The translations under genes and the position numbers were made by a program. Under the pieces are notes generated by a model. The model saw nothing but the letters and a program-made list of their open reading frames with translations, did not search any database and was not told where the DNA came from. From Styela clava (taxonomy: Eukaryota), in contig NC_135250.1 of NCBI RefSeq assembly GCF_964204865.1, forward strand, positions 19,096,001 through 19,160,000: a stretch of DNA of 64,000 nt. The letters are read 5' to 3'. The number at the start of each line of letters is the position of its first letter. Within the stretch, counting starts at the first letter, position 1. Below, piece after piece: positions 1-13,110 of this stretch.

Positions 1-586
1 ATAAAGATTGTACAAGATGAAACAAAAGCAAAAGACTTCAGACATTGCAAAATGATCATTCATCATTAAATCCCCTTTTTCAGCGTTTTTAGATTATCTA
101 ACCCTGTAATATTTCTCCATTTATATGTTTAAACATGACCCAGTGATCAGAACAACTTGAAGGTCTCCTTCATTTTGCAAACAGTTTTTTTTTATATGTT
201 ATTGTATTTGACGGATCATTTTGCAAACAGTTGTCAGCTGTCAAAGGGGCAAGCTTATAGTCAAATTTAAAATATTGTCTGTCATCCCTGTTTGTAAATT
301 AATTTAAAATGAAAAAGGTTACACTATAAGTGACTATAAGTTCTCAGTACTTAGTGAAAGAATAATAATGTATTTACTGCATTTGTATTTATATATTACA
401 GCCTTAAAACTTTATGAACATCCTGTATATTTTCTTAAATCACTCGTTTGAATAAGTATTGTCACAAAAGAACAGTATATAAACTTAATTTAATGAGCAA
501 AAGTACTTTATGCAAATAAAAAGCTTGAATATTAATAGTTTTTTGTGTTAATTAATTGTGAGCTATTGTTACATATTACTTGTAGA

Positions 587-2210
587 TTGTGGATAGGATT
601 TCTAATCAATCTAGATGAGATGAATGGCTTGATTACTTGGTATAAGAGTATACAATAAGAACAAACTGGCTCATGCCTTACATCCATGACCTAAGAAATT
701 AAGTCCTATAAAAATTTTGGAAGAAATGGAGCATTATGATAGATTGGTAATTAAAGTAAAACAAAAACACATCGTGACTATATTATGTATAACTTGAAAA
801 TGCTCTCAAATTTTCAAGGTAAATTAACAGTTAAGGGGGATAATAGAGCTGCCCTATGTACAGAATGTTTTATTTTTGGGGCAACTTCACAAGACATGTA
901 CCGCCGATCATGTACAGCTTCGTAAAGTTTTTCAATATCTGTCAAATGTCTCTAGCCCACATGATAAATAGTCATGAATATACTAAGAACTATGCAAAGT
1001 TTCGATATGAAAATTCAGAAAAAGTGGAGATGGTACCAAACAGTATTAAGTGCATATTGTTTGGAATTTAGAGACCACATAGAAAAAGTAATGATTGCAT
1101 TTTAAGCACGGAGCAAAAAAAAAAACAAGTCACAAAATTACCTCTAAAATATTACTGGATGTATACCAGTAATTCATTACTCTTAGCCACTAACTTCTTA
1201 ACATTGCTTTTAAATCTTTACTAATTCACTACATCATATACCAACGTATAATATAGACATTTTTGTAGTAAATTGGTTTGTTTGAAGTTTTCTGTAACCT
1301 TTTCAATAAATGAAGCCCATGTGTATCAAAAACATGGTTCCATATTTTTGAAGATAATAATATTAGCAATAGTTGCAGTCAGTTTATTAATATTACAATT
1401 CAATCAAATGGACATCCCAGCCTGATAGAATAAAGTATTTAGATATGTAGACTTAACCCAAGCCATGGGTTGATTAATGTTAGAAATCAATGTATTGAAT
1501 TTTTATTAGGTAAAGCTTATCATGGACAACTGTACCCAATTCATTTTGCCTATTGAAAATATGTGAGATTTTCTGGTTTCTATTGTTGATATAAATAGCA
1601 GTTTAGCAGTTGGTATTACTATAAGTGGAGAATCAAATACAGAAAAGTGTGTTTCTTGATTTTCAAAGAAGAGAAGCTAGTTTGAATTTTGGCAGTGCAA
1701 TGAAGAATTATATTTCACACAGTAAAAATAATGAAAAGCATAAAACTCATAGTTATCAGGATATTTTATGCCAATGTTGAATTTAGCCAAAATAAGCCAC
1801 AAGAATAATGACATATACCCAGCATATTTCACCACATTTGGACACATCAGCAGAATCTAAATATATAAATATCATGTTTTAATCATATTGATCACACATC
1901 ACATGATACTATTTACACGTGTCTATCTCATTTTGAGCCCTGTAATAGTAGCACAACAAACTATATAAACACAGACATTCTTTGGGACTTACAATAAGTG
2001 CACATTGTAGAGATGGTAACAGTGCAAGTGTGCTATTGTGGAATGGATGCCTCATGTGAAAAAATATTGGGTCAAAAGATAAAGGATATACCGGTACATT
2101 AGGTAGGTCACAGTTCTTTATGTAAGAATAAGCATATTACAATTTTCTGTTGTAAATAATTTTATTTTCAAATGGATGGGAATTTCATCAAAGACAGGTA
2201 TTCCTATGAA
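587..2210 (+). pseudogene. Probable decayed multi-domain C-type lectin gene remnants
   Basis: Scattered translated fragments resemble CTL motifs: LWIGF (587), NEAHVYQKHGS (~1309), EKCVS...FEFWQCNEELYF (~1641-1716), WN-DASCEKILG with a +1 frameshift (2039-2072), NGWEFHQ (~2170). Many stops and frameshifts; pattern recognition only. Confidence 0.3.
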
Positions 2211-2385
2211 GGCTATGATATTGCAATTCCTAAAAACACCCTTCGCATTAGAATTGAGGCATTAATTGTTAATTTTTTTTTTATAGTGGATTATTAAGAA
2301 AAAATTAAGAATAATTTGCTTGATTTGAAAACAAGGTGGGTACTTAGTCAAATAGAACAAAAAACATTAAAATTATAGCTTTGTA

Positions 2386-4398
2386 ATGGCTGGTGTGAAG
2401 AGAATAATCATTTTTGGAGCTACTGGCCAAACCGGATCAAGGACTCTGCAGAGAGCCATAAATGAAGGTATGCTATAAAATATACTGATTTTATTCGGAA
2501 TACGTCTGTCAAATTATTTCTAAATTGAAATAAAAATGTGATTTGAAAATCCAATTTCCTCCTAATTTAAAATACAGAAAACTTGTTTTGAAAATGGATA
2601 TAAAACATGCTTTTCACCCGAAAAAAATCACTTATATAGAACAAATGGCATTATATATATTGTTATAGTAGGTCATAGTATTAGTAATACCAATTGTGCC
2701 TCAATTTCTCATAATGCTAGATATCCATAGTGATAAAAAAATATTTGTTCAGGTCTACAAGTGTCAGCATATGTACGAACACCTTCGAAGATATCTGAAG
2801 ATGTGAAGAAAAATCTCTACAAAGTTATACAAGGCGATGTTCTCGATAAAAGCTCAGTTGAAAAAGCAATTGAAGGAAATGATGCTGTTATTTCTGCACT
2901 TGGTGCAACTTCTCCTTTTGGTGAGTTTATAATCATGTCCCTAATATTGAGTGGTTTCCCATTTAAAAAACATCTTTGATATATCACACCAACAGAAGCA
3001 AAAAAAATTGCACATGGTTTGAAATTCACAAGCATATTTGTAAACAATGCACTGGTATTTTCAGCGAAAACTACAGTCATGTCAGAAGGTTGCTCAAACA
3101 TCATCTCAGGAATGAAGAAACATAATGTCAGGAAATTGATAGTTGTCAGTGGAGGTACGGAGATTAGTTATCAATTATTAACTACGGTACCTAAATTAAA
3201 ACTGTACCCATGCAAAGCAAATACAAAATTAATCAATGCCCAGGAATTGATATGTGATATGAAAAATTGAAAGATTCTTCAAATTACAGTTTTACAGTAT
3301 GAAATAGAGGTGAAATATAACCTAACAAAATATATACAGGGTGTTCAATGTTCATAAAGTCCTATTACAATTTCAAAATTTGTTATGAAGTCAGTTCAAT
3401 TTATCTCAACAAGGTTTGTTTTAGTTTACTCAGTGTTTATTCAGGTATTTTTTTTAGGTTTTTTCATTTGATACACTCTCTTATGTCCACCATTAGATAG
3501 ACGAAGCACATCGAAGTTCTTTTACCTACTTTAATTTAGGACTTATCAATGAATACCCTGTATATTCAGGATAATAAAAATCGTCAAAGCATTAATCATA
3601 ATCAAAAAAACTGTCAAAAAAAACAAACAATCAATTTATGACCATTTTATTAGCAATATACTTGGCAAGTGAAGCTGGAATATTCGCGACACTGATGAAG
3701 ACACTTGTCAAATCAACAGAAGACCATGTAAAGCAACTAAGTATATTGGAAAATGCATCCAGCAATATAGATTGGATAGCAGTCATGCCACCTTGGATCA
3801 AAGATGACAAAGAAGTCAATCCAAATTACCTGGTAAGCACCAGTACTACACCTCACCTATTCATAGTTAAATTCTGATAAATTGAAACTATGTTTATTGT
3901 TTTGTTCACATTTGAGAATTTGCTCAAAGCACGAATACTTGATAGGAAAAGATTATGTTATTAGGAACAATTTTAATTCATCAAATTCAAATCCAAAGCA
4001 ATTTTCATTGCTCAAAGTAGAGCATTTTTTATAATAGGCCTACAATTTCCAATAGTAATATATCGTTATATAAACAGCAGTTTTGGTGTATTATTTCAAG
4101 CTGGAATTATTTTTTCAGTCCTATTAAAAGTGAAACGATGCAGTAATACAAACAATAATATTTTCATTACCTTTTACAGTACAAAAAAGATTATCTGCCA
4201 GGCGTATCCCAAGTTACTACGGCAGAGATAGCAGATTTTATGATCAAAACATTAATGGATGACGATAAAGTTGAATCACTGAAGCATTCTCAAATTGCAA
4301 TATCGTCAAAACCAAAACAACCGTCAAACTGCCCTGGAACTATAGGAATGGCATTACTTGTTTTGGCAGTCGGTTCAGCCATATATTTCAAATATTGA
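2386..4398 (+). CDS. BLVRB: BLVRB / flavin reductase (NADPH)-like paralog 1, 245 aa, C-terminal transmembrane tail
   Basis: Exons 2386-2467, 2753-2920, 3065-3154, 3654-3832, 4180-4398, all GT-AG and in frame. MAGVKRIIIFGATGQTG Rossmann motif, VRTP, GDVL, DAVISALG, TTVMSEG, EDH, AVMPP, DFM match human BLVRB motifs; ends TIGMALLVLAVGSAIYFKY*. Confidence 0.9.
3337..3560. mobile_element. Tc1/mariner-type MITE
   Basis: Ends CAGGGTGTTCA... and ...TGAATACCCTG flanked by TA on both sides; related sequence at ~13808, ~19025, ~21030 and 23832-24043. Confidence 0.7.
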
Positions 4399-5319
4399 AC
4401 TGCATAAGATTTTGAATGATTATTAAAATAAATGCACAATATTTTTCGAACACATTATTGTTTTTAGATTTATAAAATTAAAATCACATGACTAATCAAA
4501 ATCTACTATCATATTACATCTTACAAAATCAAAATAAGACACAAACAGACAAAACTCATTTCAAGCTCTGCCTGCCCTCTTAATTTGCCTGAGGAAACGC
4601 ACTGCACGAATATTAACACAGTGAAGTGTTTACATCTGTCATGAATTTAGTTCAATAGAGCAGTTACTATTCAATTATTTCTTGTATGACTTGTATTGTT
4701 TTTGATAGATGGTTTAGAACTTAAGAATATTATAGTTTGGTAACTAGATGTAGCAATGTTATATGAGCTTGATTTTATTTGTAAGAATATGTGCCAAAAA
4801 AATAATGTTCTAGTGTGCTTTCTCAATGTGAATTTTGTATTCATTGCAGTAATTGTGTATTTACTGAGCAAAAAATCTGCTATTATCAGGTTCTCGATTT
4901 CTGGACCTAACATATCATAATACATTTGAACATAAAACCAACATGTTATAATTCTGCCAGGTGGGTTGTATTGCCCACTCAAATAATTAAATTTGGCATC
5001 AGTACACTGCAGTTATAGGTCGCAATTGAATATATAAAAAAAAAAAAAAGTTAAAGCAATTGATCCACAGATATTGTTGATCTCAAGATATTTTTGGACT
5101 GTTTTCTTAATAGCAAAATATTTGGTAGGGTACATCCCTGTATGATTGTTTGCTATTACCGTACACTATGCAAGAACTTATGCTTTACCATCAGTAACAT
5201 TTTTAGTTTTAAAATTCAGTTGCTATTTCTGCCAGGTTTTACCATTTCAATGAATATGTTATTAATATGTCATGAATCTGTCATACTCTGTATATACTCT
5301 TTTTACTAATTATAATCAA

Positions 5320-7721
5320 AAGATATGAAAATACCGCAAAAATTTGTATCTATCTTTTATACCACTATTGCCATGTTTTACTTTTATAATCGATAAGACC
5401 GTAAGTGATTATTGAATATTTAAAAGTTGACTAAATAAAATATGTGTTAACGCAATATTTTCGAGTTTTCGATTCGCGTAAATAAATATGTAACATGCGC
5501 AGGATCAACCCAAGCGGAAATCTCATCAATGAGTTAATTGTTAATTAATTGAGTTAATTATGTACAATCTTTTCTCTAAAAAGGGAGCAATGGAAAGCAT
5601 GGAGCGTTTTAGAACGTTTACATGAACTACTAAAATGCAAGCATTGTATTGACAACGAGTGGCATCTCTCTACCATTTGCGCAGGTGACATTTACAGTAG
5701 ATTTATGGCTAGAAATATCTGGAATTATGGGAAAGCATTGTGGTCAAAAGCTTTTTATTTTTCATATTGACATTTTTTATTGACAGAATTTCTAAAATAG
5801 CCATCCAGAATTGACTCAAGGTGGTGGGCTGGAAATCCAGTTCACAGCTAAGGCGCACATTGACCTACGTTTACGTTTGTGTTATGGCCGCCAAAAAGAG
5901 GAAAATATATTTTTAAATTGATTCAACAGCTATTTGCGGAACCATTAGGCAAAAAATATAAGCTATGACGTATGTTTGTGAGTGCGCGATGCTGTAGTAT
6001 GGTCAAAAACATGTTTTTCTACTTTTACATTGTGATGTCACGGACTCGGAGGACTCGATTCGAATCCTTGACCTATTACTCGGATTCGTCGAATCTCTGT
6101 AATGCCGGACTCGTCCCATCCCTATTAAATACAAAACATCATAGTTATCATTGTTTCTAGCTTGGTTCATTATTATTACTATATAATGTCTAATGTCAAA
6201 CGAATCATTGTCTTTGGGGCATCTGGTCAAACAGGATTAAAGATTCTGAAGACAGCATTAGAGGAAGGTAATTAATTATTGAAATATATAAAATAACACT
6301 CATATCACAAAATGTCTTACAACTGCAAACTTGTGTGAAAAAAAATTAGAAGAACTGATGTAGTGGATTTAGAAGTTTGTTCCCAAACTGTTCAATCAAC
6401 TGAATCAAATTGCACCATATCAGGGTTCTCGAACTTTCAAAATCCACGACCCCGTTGCAGGAACTCTTTGACAACTTGCTTTTGTACAAAAATACCCAGT
6501 TTTGCTTTTAACGCGCTTCCTTCAGTTATTTATTCGACACGTTTTTATAATGAGAAGCCAAAATACAAAATTAAAATAATAAATGCATTACAGAGTACAC
6601 TACAGACAGTCAAAACTCTGATCAATAGATAGTCAAATTACTTTGATTGTCATCATGAATTAAATATCTAGTCTTCATAGAACCGCTCTGTGCACCTATG
6701 GGGGCCAAGGATCAAGTTTGGAAATCGCTGTGCTGGACAAAACATACTAAGGTGATATCACTAAATTTTCAAATTTACAGGTCTTGGAGTCACAGCTTAT
6801 GTTCGCACTCCTTCCAAGATATCAGAAAATATCAGAAACAGACTTTATAAAGTAGTGAAAGGAGAAGTGAAGGATAAAGAAATTATTGAGGATGCAATTC
6901 AAGGGCATGATGCTGTATTATCTGCGCTTGGCGGTAAAAAATTTATGTAACATTATGTGAAGCAAAAAGGTTAGGAAATTGGCTTGCATGGAAGGCATGG
7001 ACAACTAGGTGGGAGTGAATAAGAATACCCCCATATTTAAATAGTACAGTATTCTATACTCCTGCTTCACTATCAAATTTGAATTATTTAATAGTATTTG
7101 GCAAAATCACTTCAAAAAAACTTGGTTTGAACCATAAATAAATGAAATACAATTGAAATTTATAATATTACATAATATAGAATTGATATATAATGTCCGA
7201 AATATATTTTCTGTACTTCCATAACTTAAGCATTATTAAATTTCAAATTGATTGTCAATCAAGTCAAAAATAGACCAGATTAACTTATATATATTCAAAG
7301 CAATGACTTTTCCATTTTAACCTTTTTTTACTTAGCAGTTAGCACTACTTTTTTAAACCAGAGGACAATAAAAAATAGATCGGATATCAGATATTGACAA
7401 TATAAAGAAATACACTCTTCAGATGAATTTTATTTTTGCTATTAAATGTATTGTAGGAACTAGCCGCAACATAATTTCAACTGGGATTGCAAATATAATT
7501 GGTGGAATGAAGAAACACAATGTGCGAAATTTGATTGTCGTCAGTGGAGGTTTGTGATACTCTTGCATATTGAAATTAATTACTGAAGTGAACCAGTTTT
7601 TCATAGCAGATACAAATGAAATTTCAATTGGAAAATATACTAATAGACACTGTTGTATTAACTTTTATTTAATAAAATAAGTAAAATTTGTCATATATCG
7701 TCATTTTGATATAAAAGTGAT
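5320..7721 (+). repeat. Segmental duplicate, copy A (upstream region to intron 3 of paralog 2)
   Basis: Near-identical exons, introns and upstream sequence with 8863-10956, interrupted by copy-specific inserts (~5430-6125, ~6450-6745). Confidence 0.9.
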
Positions 7722-8426
7722 TACCGTACTTGATATTACTCAAATGGAAATTTATTTCAAGTCAAAGTAGTAGAAAAACAAACTTTACAGATCTCTTTCA
7801 ACTGACACTATTAAATATTTAAACCAGCAATTCTACTTCCAAGTGAAGCCGGTATCCTATCAACATTGGTGAAAACATTTGTCAAAGCTACAGATGATCA
7901 TATCAAACAAATTGAGATTTTGGAAAATTCTTCTGTAGATATAGATTGGGTTGCAATAATGCCCCCTTGGATTAAGGATAATGATGACGTAAACCCAAAT
8001 TATCAGGTGAGATGTTGATGATGAATTAATTTTCTATTATTCTACAATATATTTATGTGCTCTTTGCTCTGAATAAGCTCCTGCACAGGCAGCCGCGACC
8101 AGATGTATGTTCAGAAAATCTTTCTGGTTTGGCCTTGCCTCCCCAATTAAATAAACCCTGGGTGAGGTGGTTGGTTTGCATGGGAATTGAACGCAAGATT
8201 TTAACCTGCAATGACATGCTTTAACCACTTTTCAACTATCTTTTAACCTTAAACCAGAACTTTAACGTTGTATTTTATTTCACAGTATGCAAAGGATAAA
8301 GTACCTGGGGTATCACGAGTAACAACAGCTGAAATTGCAGACTTCATGATTCATTTGGTAATGAACAAAGCAAAAGCTGAATCCTTTAAACATTGCAAAG
8401 TTGGAATATCCTCAAAATCAAAATGA
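6186..8426 (+). CDS. BLVRB: BLVRB-like paralog 2, 215 aa, no membrane anchor, mosaic gene
   Basis: Exons 6186-6267, 6781-6933, 7457-7549, 7828-8006, 8286-8426; GASGQTG, VRTP, DDH, AIMPPW; ends KVGISSKSK*. Confidence 0.85.
8060..8232 (-). mobile_element. SINE-like repeat fragment (family 2)
   Basis: Shares the core CCACCTCACC(CAGGGTTT) with 58490-58600 (+) and 55730-55807 (-); the 55.8 kb copy has an A-box-like TGGCCTAGTG and a degenerate B box. Confidence 0.45.
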
Positions 8427-8465
8427 TTTCAAGAAGAACTTTTTCAATACATTATCAGTCTAGCA

Positions 8466-8757
8466 CGCCGGTTCCCAGCTACTGGGCCATAGAAACTTTT
8501 TCAGATAGGGCCACAAACCTAATAAAACTGCTACATTTATTGATATATTTAAATAATTGATGGTAGTAACAATGAATGACGATGCTGTCTTTTGCTACAG
8601 GGTGGCATTCTAATTACCGTAATAAAGTGAAAGTGTCCTTTTTGCGGAAAGAATTTTTCAATTTCTTGTAGTTTTCTCCTCGGATGGAAAAGTTAATAGG
8701 CCACATAATTTTTGTGCCTTGAAAATGGGCACAGAAAAAAAAGGTTGAGAATCAATG
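8466..8757. mobile_element. hAT-type MITE just downstream of the paralog 2 stop
   Basis: 8-bp TSD gtctagca/gtctagta and degenerate GGTTCCCA / TGAGAATC TIRs. Confidence 0.55.
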
Positions 8758-8862
8758 GTCTAGTACAAAAACTTTTATTTTCTAATTTGAGTGAATATCA
8801 TTTTTATTTTATTTATACCAGTAATACATTGAACACACATATTATTGAAGTTGAAACCTCAT

Positions 8863-10956
8863 AAGATATGAAAATACCACAAAAATTTGTATCTATCTTT
8901 TATACCACTATTGCCATATTTTACTTTTATAATCAATAAGACCATAAGTGATTATTGAATATTTAAGAGTTGAAACTATCCTTTGTTTTATTTACTGTTT
9001 GCAGAACTAAATAGCCTATTTCCTCAAACCAGATAAATATAGAATATCGTAGTTATCATTGTTTCTAGCTTGGTTCATTATTATTACTTTATAATGTCTG
9101 ATGTCAAACGAATCATTGTCTTTGGGGCAACTGGTCAAACAGGATTAAAGATTCTGAAGATAGCATTAGAGGAAGGTAACTAATTATTGAAATATATAAA
9201 ATAACACTCATATCACAAAATGTGTAAAACTGATGTAGTGGATTTAGAAGTTTGTTCCCAAACTGTTCAATCAACTGAATCAATATGCACCATATCAGTG
9301 GTTCTCGAACTTTCGAAATCCACATGCGGCCCACTAGATACTTCTGTGCGGCCCGCGGGTGATTTGGAAACACGCCACTTCTCGGGTCTAACAATCAAAG
9401 CCGGCATTGTTAAGCAAGCGCGCCGCTAATCCCATCATATTGAAAATCGTGAGATTTATGTTTTGTATTAGTTTCAATAAATATCGGCCTTTGTGTGAAA
9501 TTGGTGTGCCCTTCGCGACCCTTAAAATTCGTCACTCGACCTCTCGCCCCCCAGTTTGGGAAACCCTGATTTAGATATCTCAGTATTCAAACTGAATCAC
9601 GATTAAAACAATATCGGTATACAATCTCACACCCATTAGAGCATATTAGCAACCTATTAATAACGCCACTATTTTTTATTAGCAGTTTATGAAACTGAAG
9701 TTTCTTTTTTGATTCAAATTTAGAACTAAAAAAATAATTACTTCGTTTATGAATGATGCAGAAATTCTCGCACAAAAAAATATTGCTATTCACTGAAAGT
9801 GTTTCGTTAAATTTAACTGTTTCACAATATTATTTTGATTTTTAGTTCATCTTGTGAAATATATATGAGGCAAAGTTTGTCGCCTGCCGGCCTTCAGATT
9901 TATGCTTGTGGCCCTCGTGGTAATTTGAGTTGTGCAGGCCTGTACTAAGGTGACGTGATACCACTAAATTTTCAAATTTACAGGTCTTGAAGTCACAGCT
10001 TTTGTTCGCACTCCTTCCAAGATACCAGAAAATATCAGAAACAGACTTTATAAAGTGGTGAAAGGAGAAGTGAAGGATAAAGAAATCATTGAGGATGCAA
10101 TTCAAGGGCATGATGCTGTATTATCTGCGCTTGGCGGAAAATTAAAAATAGGTAGGTAAAAAATTTAAAAAAAGCATTATGTGAAGCACAAAGATTAAGA
10201 AATTGGCCTGCATGGGAGGCATGGACAACTAGGTGGGAGTGAATAAGAATACCCCCATATTTAAATAGTACAGTATTCTATACTCCTGCTTCACTATTAA
10301 ATTCAAATTATTTAATAGTATTTGGCAAAATCACTTTAAATAAACTAGGTTTGAACCATAAATAAATGAAATACAATTGAAATTTATAATATTACATAAT
10401 ATAGAATTAATATATAATGTCAGAAATATATTTTCTGTACTTCCATAACTTGAGCATTAGTAAATTTCAAATTGATTGTCAATTTGAGTTTTTAAATCAC
10501 CGTTGTCAAAAATAGACCAGATTAACTTATATATATTCAATGCAATGACTTTTCCATTTTAACCTCTTTTTACTTAGCAGTTAGCATTACTTTTTTTAAA
10601 CCAGTGGACAATAAAAAAATAGATTGGATATCAGATATTGACAATATAAAGAAGACACTCTTCAGATGAATGTTTATTTTTGCTATTAAATGTATTGTAG
10701 GAACTAGCGACAAGATAATGTCAACTGGGGTTGCAAATATAATTGGTGGAATGAAGAAACACAACGTGCGAAATTTGATTGTTGTCAGTGGAGGTTTGTG
10801 ATACTCTTGCATATTGAAATTAATTACTGAAGTAAACCAGTATTTCATAGCAGATACAAATGAAATTTCAATTGGAAAATATACTAATAGACACTGTTAT
10901 ATTATCTTTTAATTAATAAAATTTGTCATATATCCTCATTTTGATATAAAAGTGAT
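8863..10956 (+). repeat. Segmental duplicate, copy B (upstream region to intron 3 of paralog 3)
   Basis: Near-identical to 5320-7721; homology ends abruptly at AAAAGTGAT in intron 3. Confidence 0.9.
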
Positions 10957-12087
10957 ATACTAATAGACACTGTTGTATTAATTTTTAATTAGTGAGCGGT
11001 TTGAGTTTATTTGCACATTAAGATAGTCATTAATTGAACCAGTTGAGTAAATTGACTAAACAAATTAAATTATCGAAATTTCATTTTGTCCATATAATGT
11101 AATATTACAAATACCTCTTTGTAATAATAAGTGTCTTTCATATATCTTCTAAGGTTTAGCAATTAAGAAGGTATATTCACAGTAATGTTTTTTTTCTACT
11201 GCAACGATTCACAGCAACAATGTCCAAAGCGAATCGGATATCCAAATACACATACTTTAGCTTGTGAATATTTAAAAATAAATCAAAACAATGTTTTTTC
11301 TCAACTATTCTGATTGTTAATCCAGGATTGCAGTTACCATCCCACGCTATACCCAAATTTTTTTTGAGTTTCTTCGTCGGTGAACTAGCTGATCACTCTG
11401 CAGTGATTAAGCTATTAGAAAACGCATCAGATGACATTGACTGGACAGCAGTGGCTCCTCCTTTTATTAAAGATAGCGATGAAATTGAACCTGATTACAT
11501 GGTAAAATATTGTTCACTAACATAACATGTTGCATCGTTGGAAACATTTTATTTAATTGCTAAATGAAAGAATTTTACAATTTTTTTTAGTATTATTAAT
11601 TACCCTTTGCATTTACTTTTATCTTGTTAATTTTCAGAAGACGTGTGTTTATATTAGTTCTAAATAATTGTAAACCATTAATCTGAATTGAAGCATCCAA
11701 TGACAATGTAATTAAATATTACAAAGCAGACAAAGTCTGTTTATTAGGGACATTGAATATGTAATTTTTTACATTATTTAGAGAAGAAGACAGTCCATAT
11801 ATAAGATCTTATGATCAAGTTGATAAAAAATATTGCCTTCCTAAAAATTTTCTGAAAGAAGTCTTGTTTCACAGGTTGCAATAAATGCTATGCCTGGGGT
11901 TTCCAATGTAACTTCTGCTGAGATTGCTGACTTCATGATCAAAATCATAACAGACAAAAATAAGCAGGAAACATACAAGCATGCGAAAGTTGGAATTTCA
12001 TCTCGAGCTTCAACTAGTTTTAAAGCACCGATTGCTATATTGCTCCTTGCTTTGGCTGCTGGTTCCATCATGTATTACACACAATGA
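9094..12087 (+). CDS. BLVRB: BLVRB-like paralog 3, 243 aa, C-terminal transmembrane tail
   Basis: Exons 9094-9175, 9984-10151, 10701-10793, 11326-11501, 11875-12087; GATGQTG, VRTP, ADH, AVAPPF; ends FKAPIAILLLALAAGSIMYYTQ*; AATAAA at 12131. Confidence 0.9.
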
Positions 12088-13002
12088 AGGTTTTAGATGA
12101 TTCAGTAGTGTTCAAGATTCAATTTGGTACAATAAACTCTTTATTACACAACTGACATTACATACATGATACATGTCAATCATTTTGTGTTTCAATCTTC
12201 AATCATTAAGGTGTAAAAGCATTCAATATTTTAATCTAACATTTCTAATCTTTGAATTACTAATTGGAAAGCTTCTTATTTCATTAGAGTACAATCTTGT
12301 ACAAAACTTCTTTCTCTCTATACAGAATGTTTAACAATTAAATGAAGCAATATTTTTTGAATTATTATTTTGACAATAACAAAGAAACCGTTTACGATAC
12401 TAAATCTTTACAATAATTACCGTAGTAATTTTCATTCCCTAATCTGGTTTTAAAGAAAAGTTTAATATTGAAAAATCCACTATTGTCTAAATATGAAAAT
12501 AAATAAATAAAACCCAATTTTGTGATCGTTAATGTACTTTTTTATGCTTTTTATAATTCATAAACATGTAGGCATAGAAAGATAAAATGAATTTATTGAT
12601 TCATACCACAGCATTTATGATAAATACAACATGTAAAGTATCCAATGATATTTTAGTTACCATATGTTTAACACAATTCGGTTAATTTTTGCGGCGTAAG
12701 TTACTTGTTATAAATGAATACTTTTTCCCTTCATAATTTCATGATCATGATCCATTTATTAAGCAATTATAAAAAGTAATTGTACTACATAAAAATAGGG
12801 TATTTTCCACTTTTCACAATAAAATAAAACTTGTTTATACCTTTATTTCCAACATACTGCTTTCAGTAATAATAATAACAATCAACAAGGAATAAATAAA
12901 GCAGAGACAACCCCCAACATCAGTTAATAATTGATCTCGAGCTCATATGAAGGCAGTTTAATAGGCGAAGAATAGAACTCAAGTAAACCTAAGAAGCGGG
13001 AA

Positions 13003-13025
13003 CCAATGGGTTATATTTATAAATA
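13003..13025 (+). promoter_or_regulatory. Candidate CCAAT plus TATA core promoter of paralog 4
   Basis: CCAAT at 13003 and TATAAATA at 13018-13025, about 90 nt upstream of ATG 13111; weak evidence in AT-rich DNA. Confidence 0.35.
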
Positions 13026-13110
13026 GCAGACAAAATCAGTGAAGCGTAAACTTTACCACAAAAAGAGAAGTAATATACAGAGAGTAGAGCTGTGTTAGTG
13101 GGCAAGAAAG

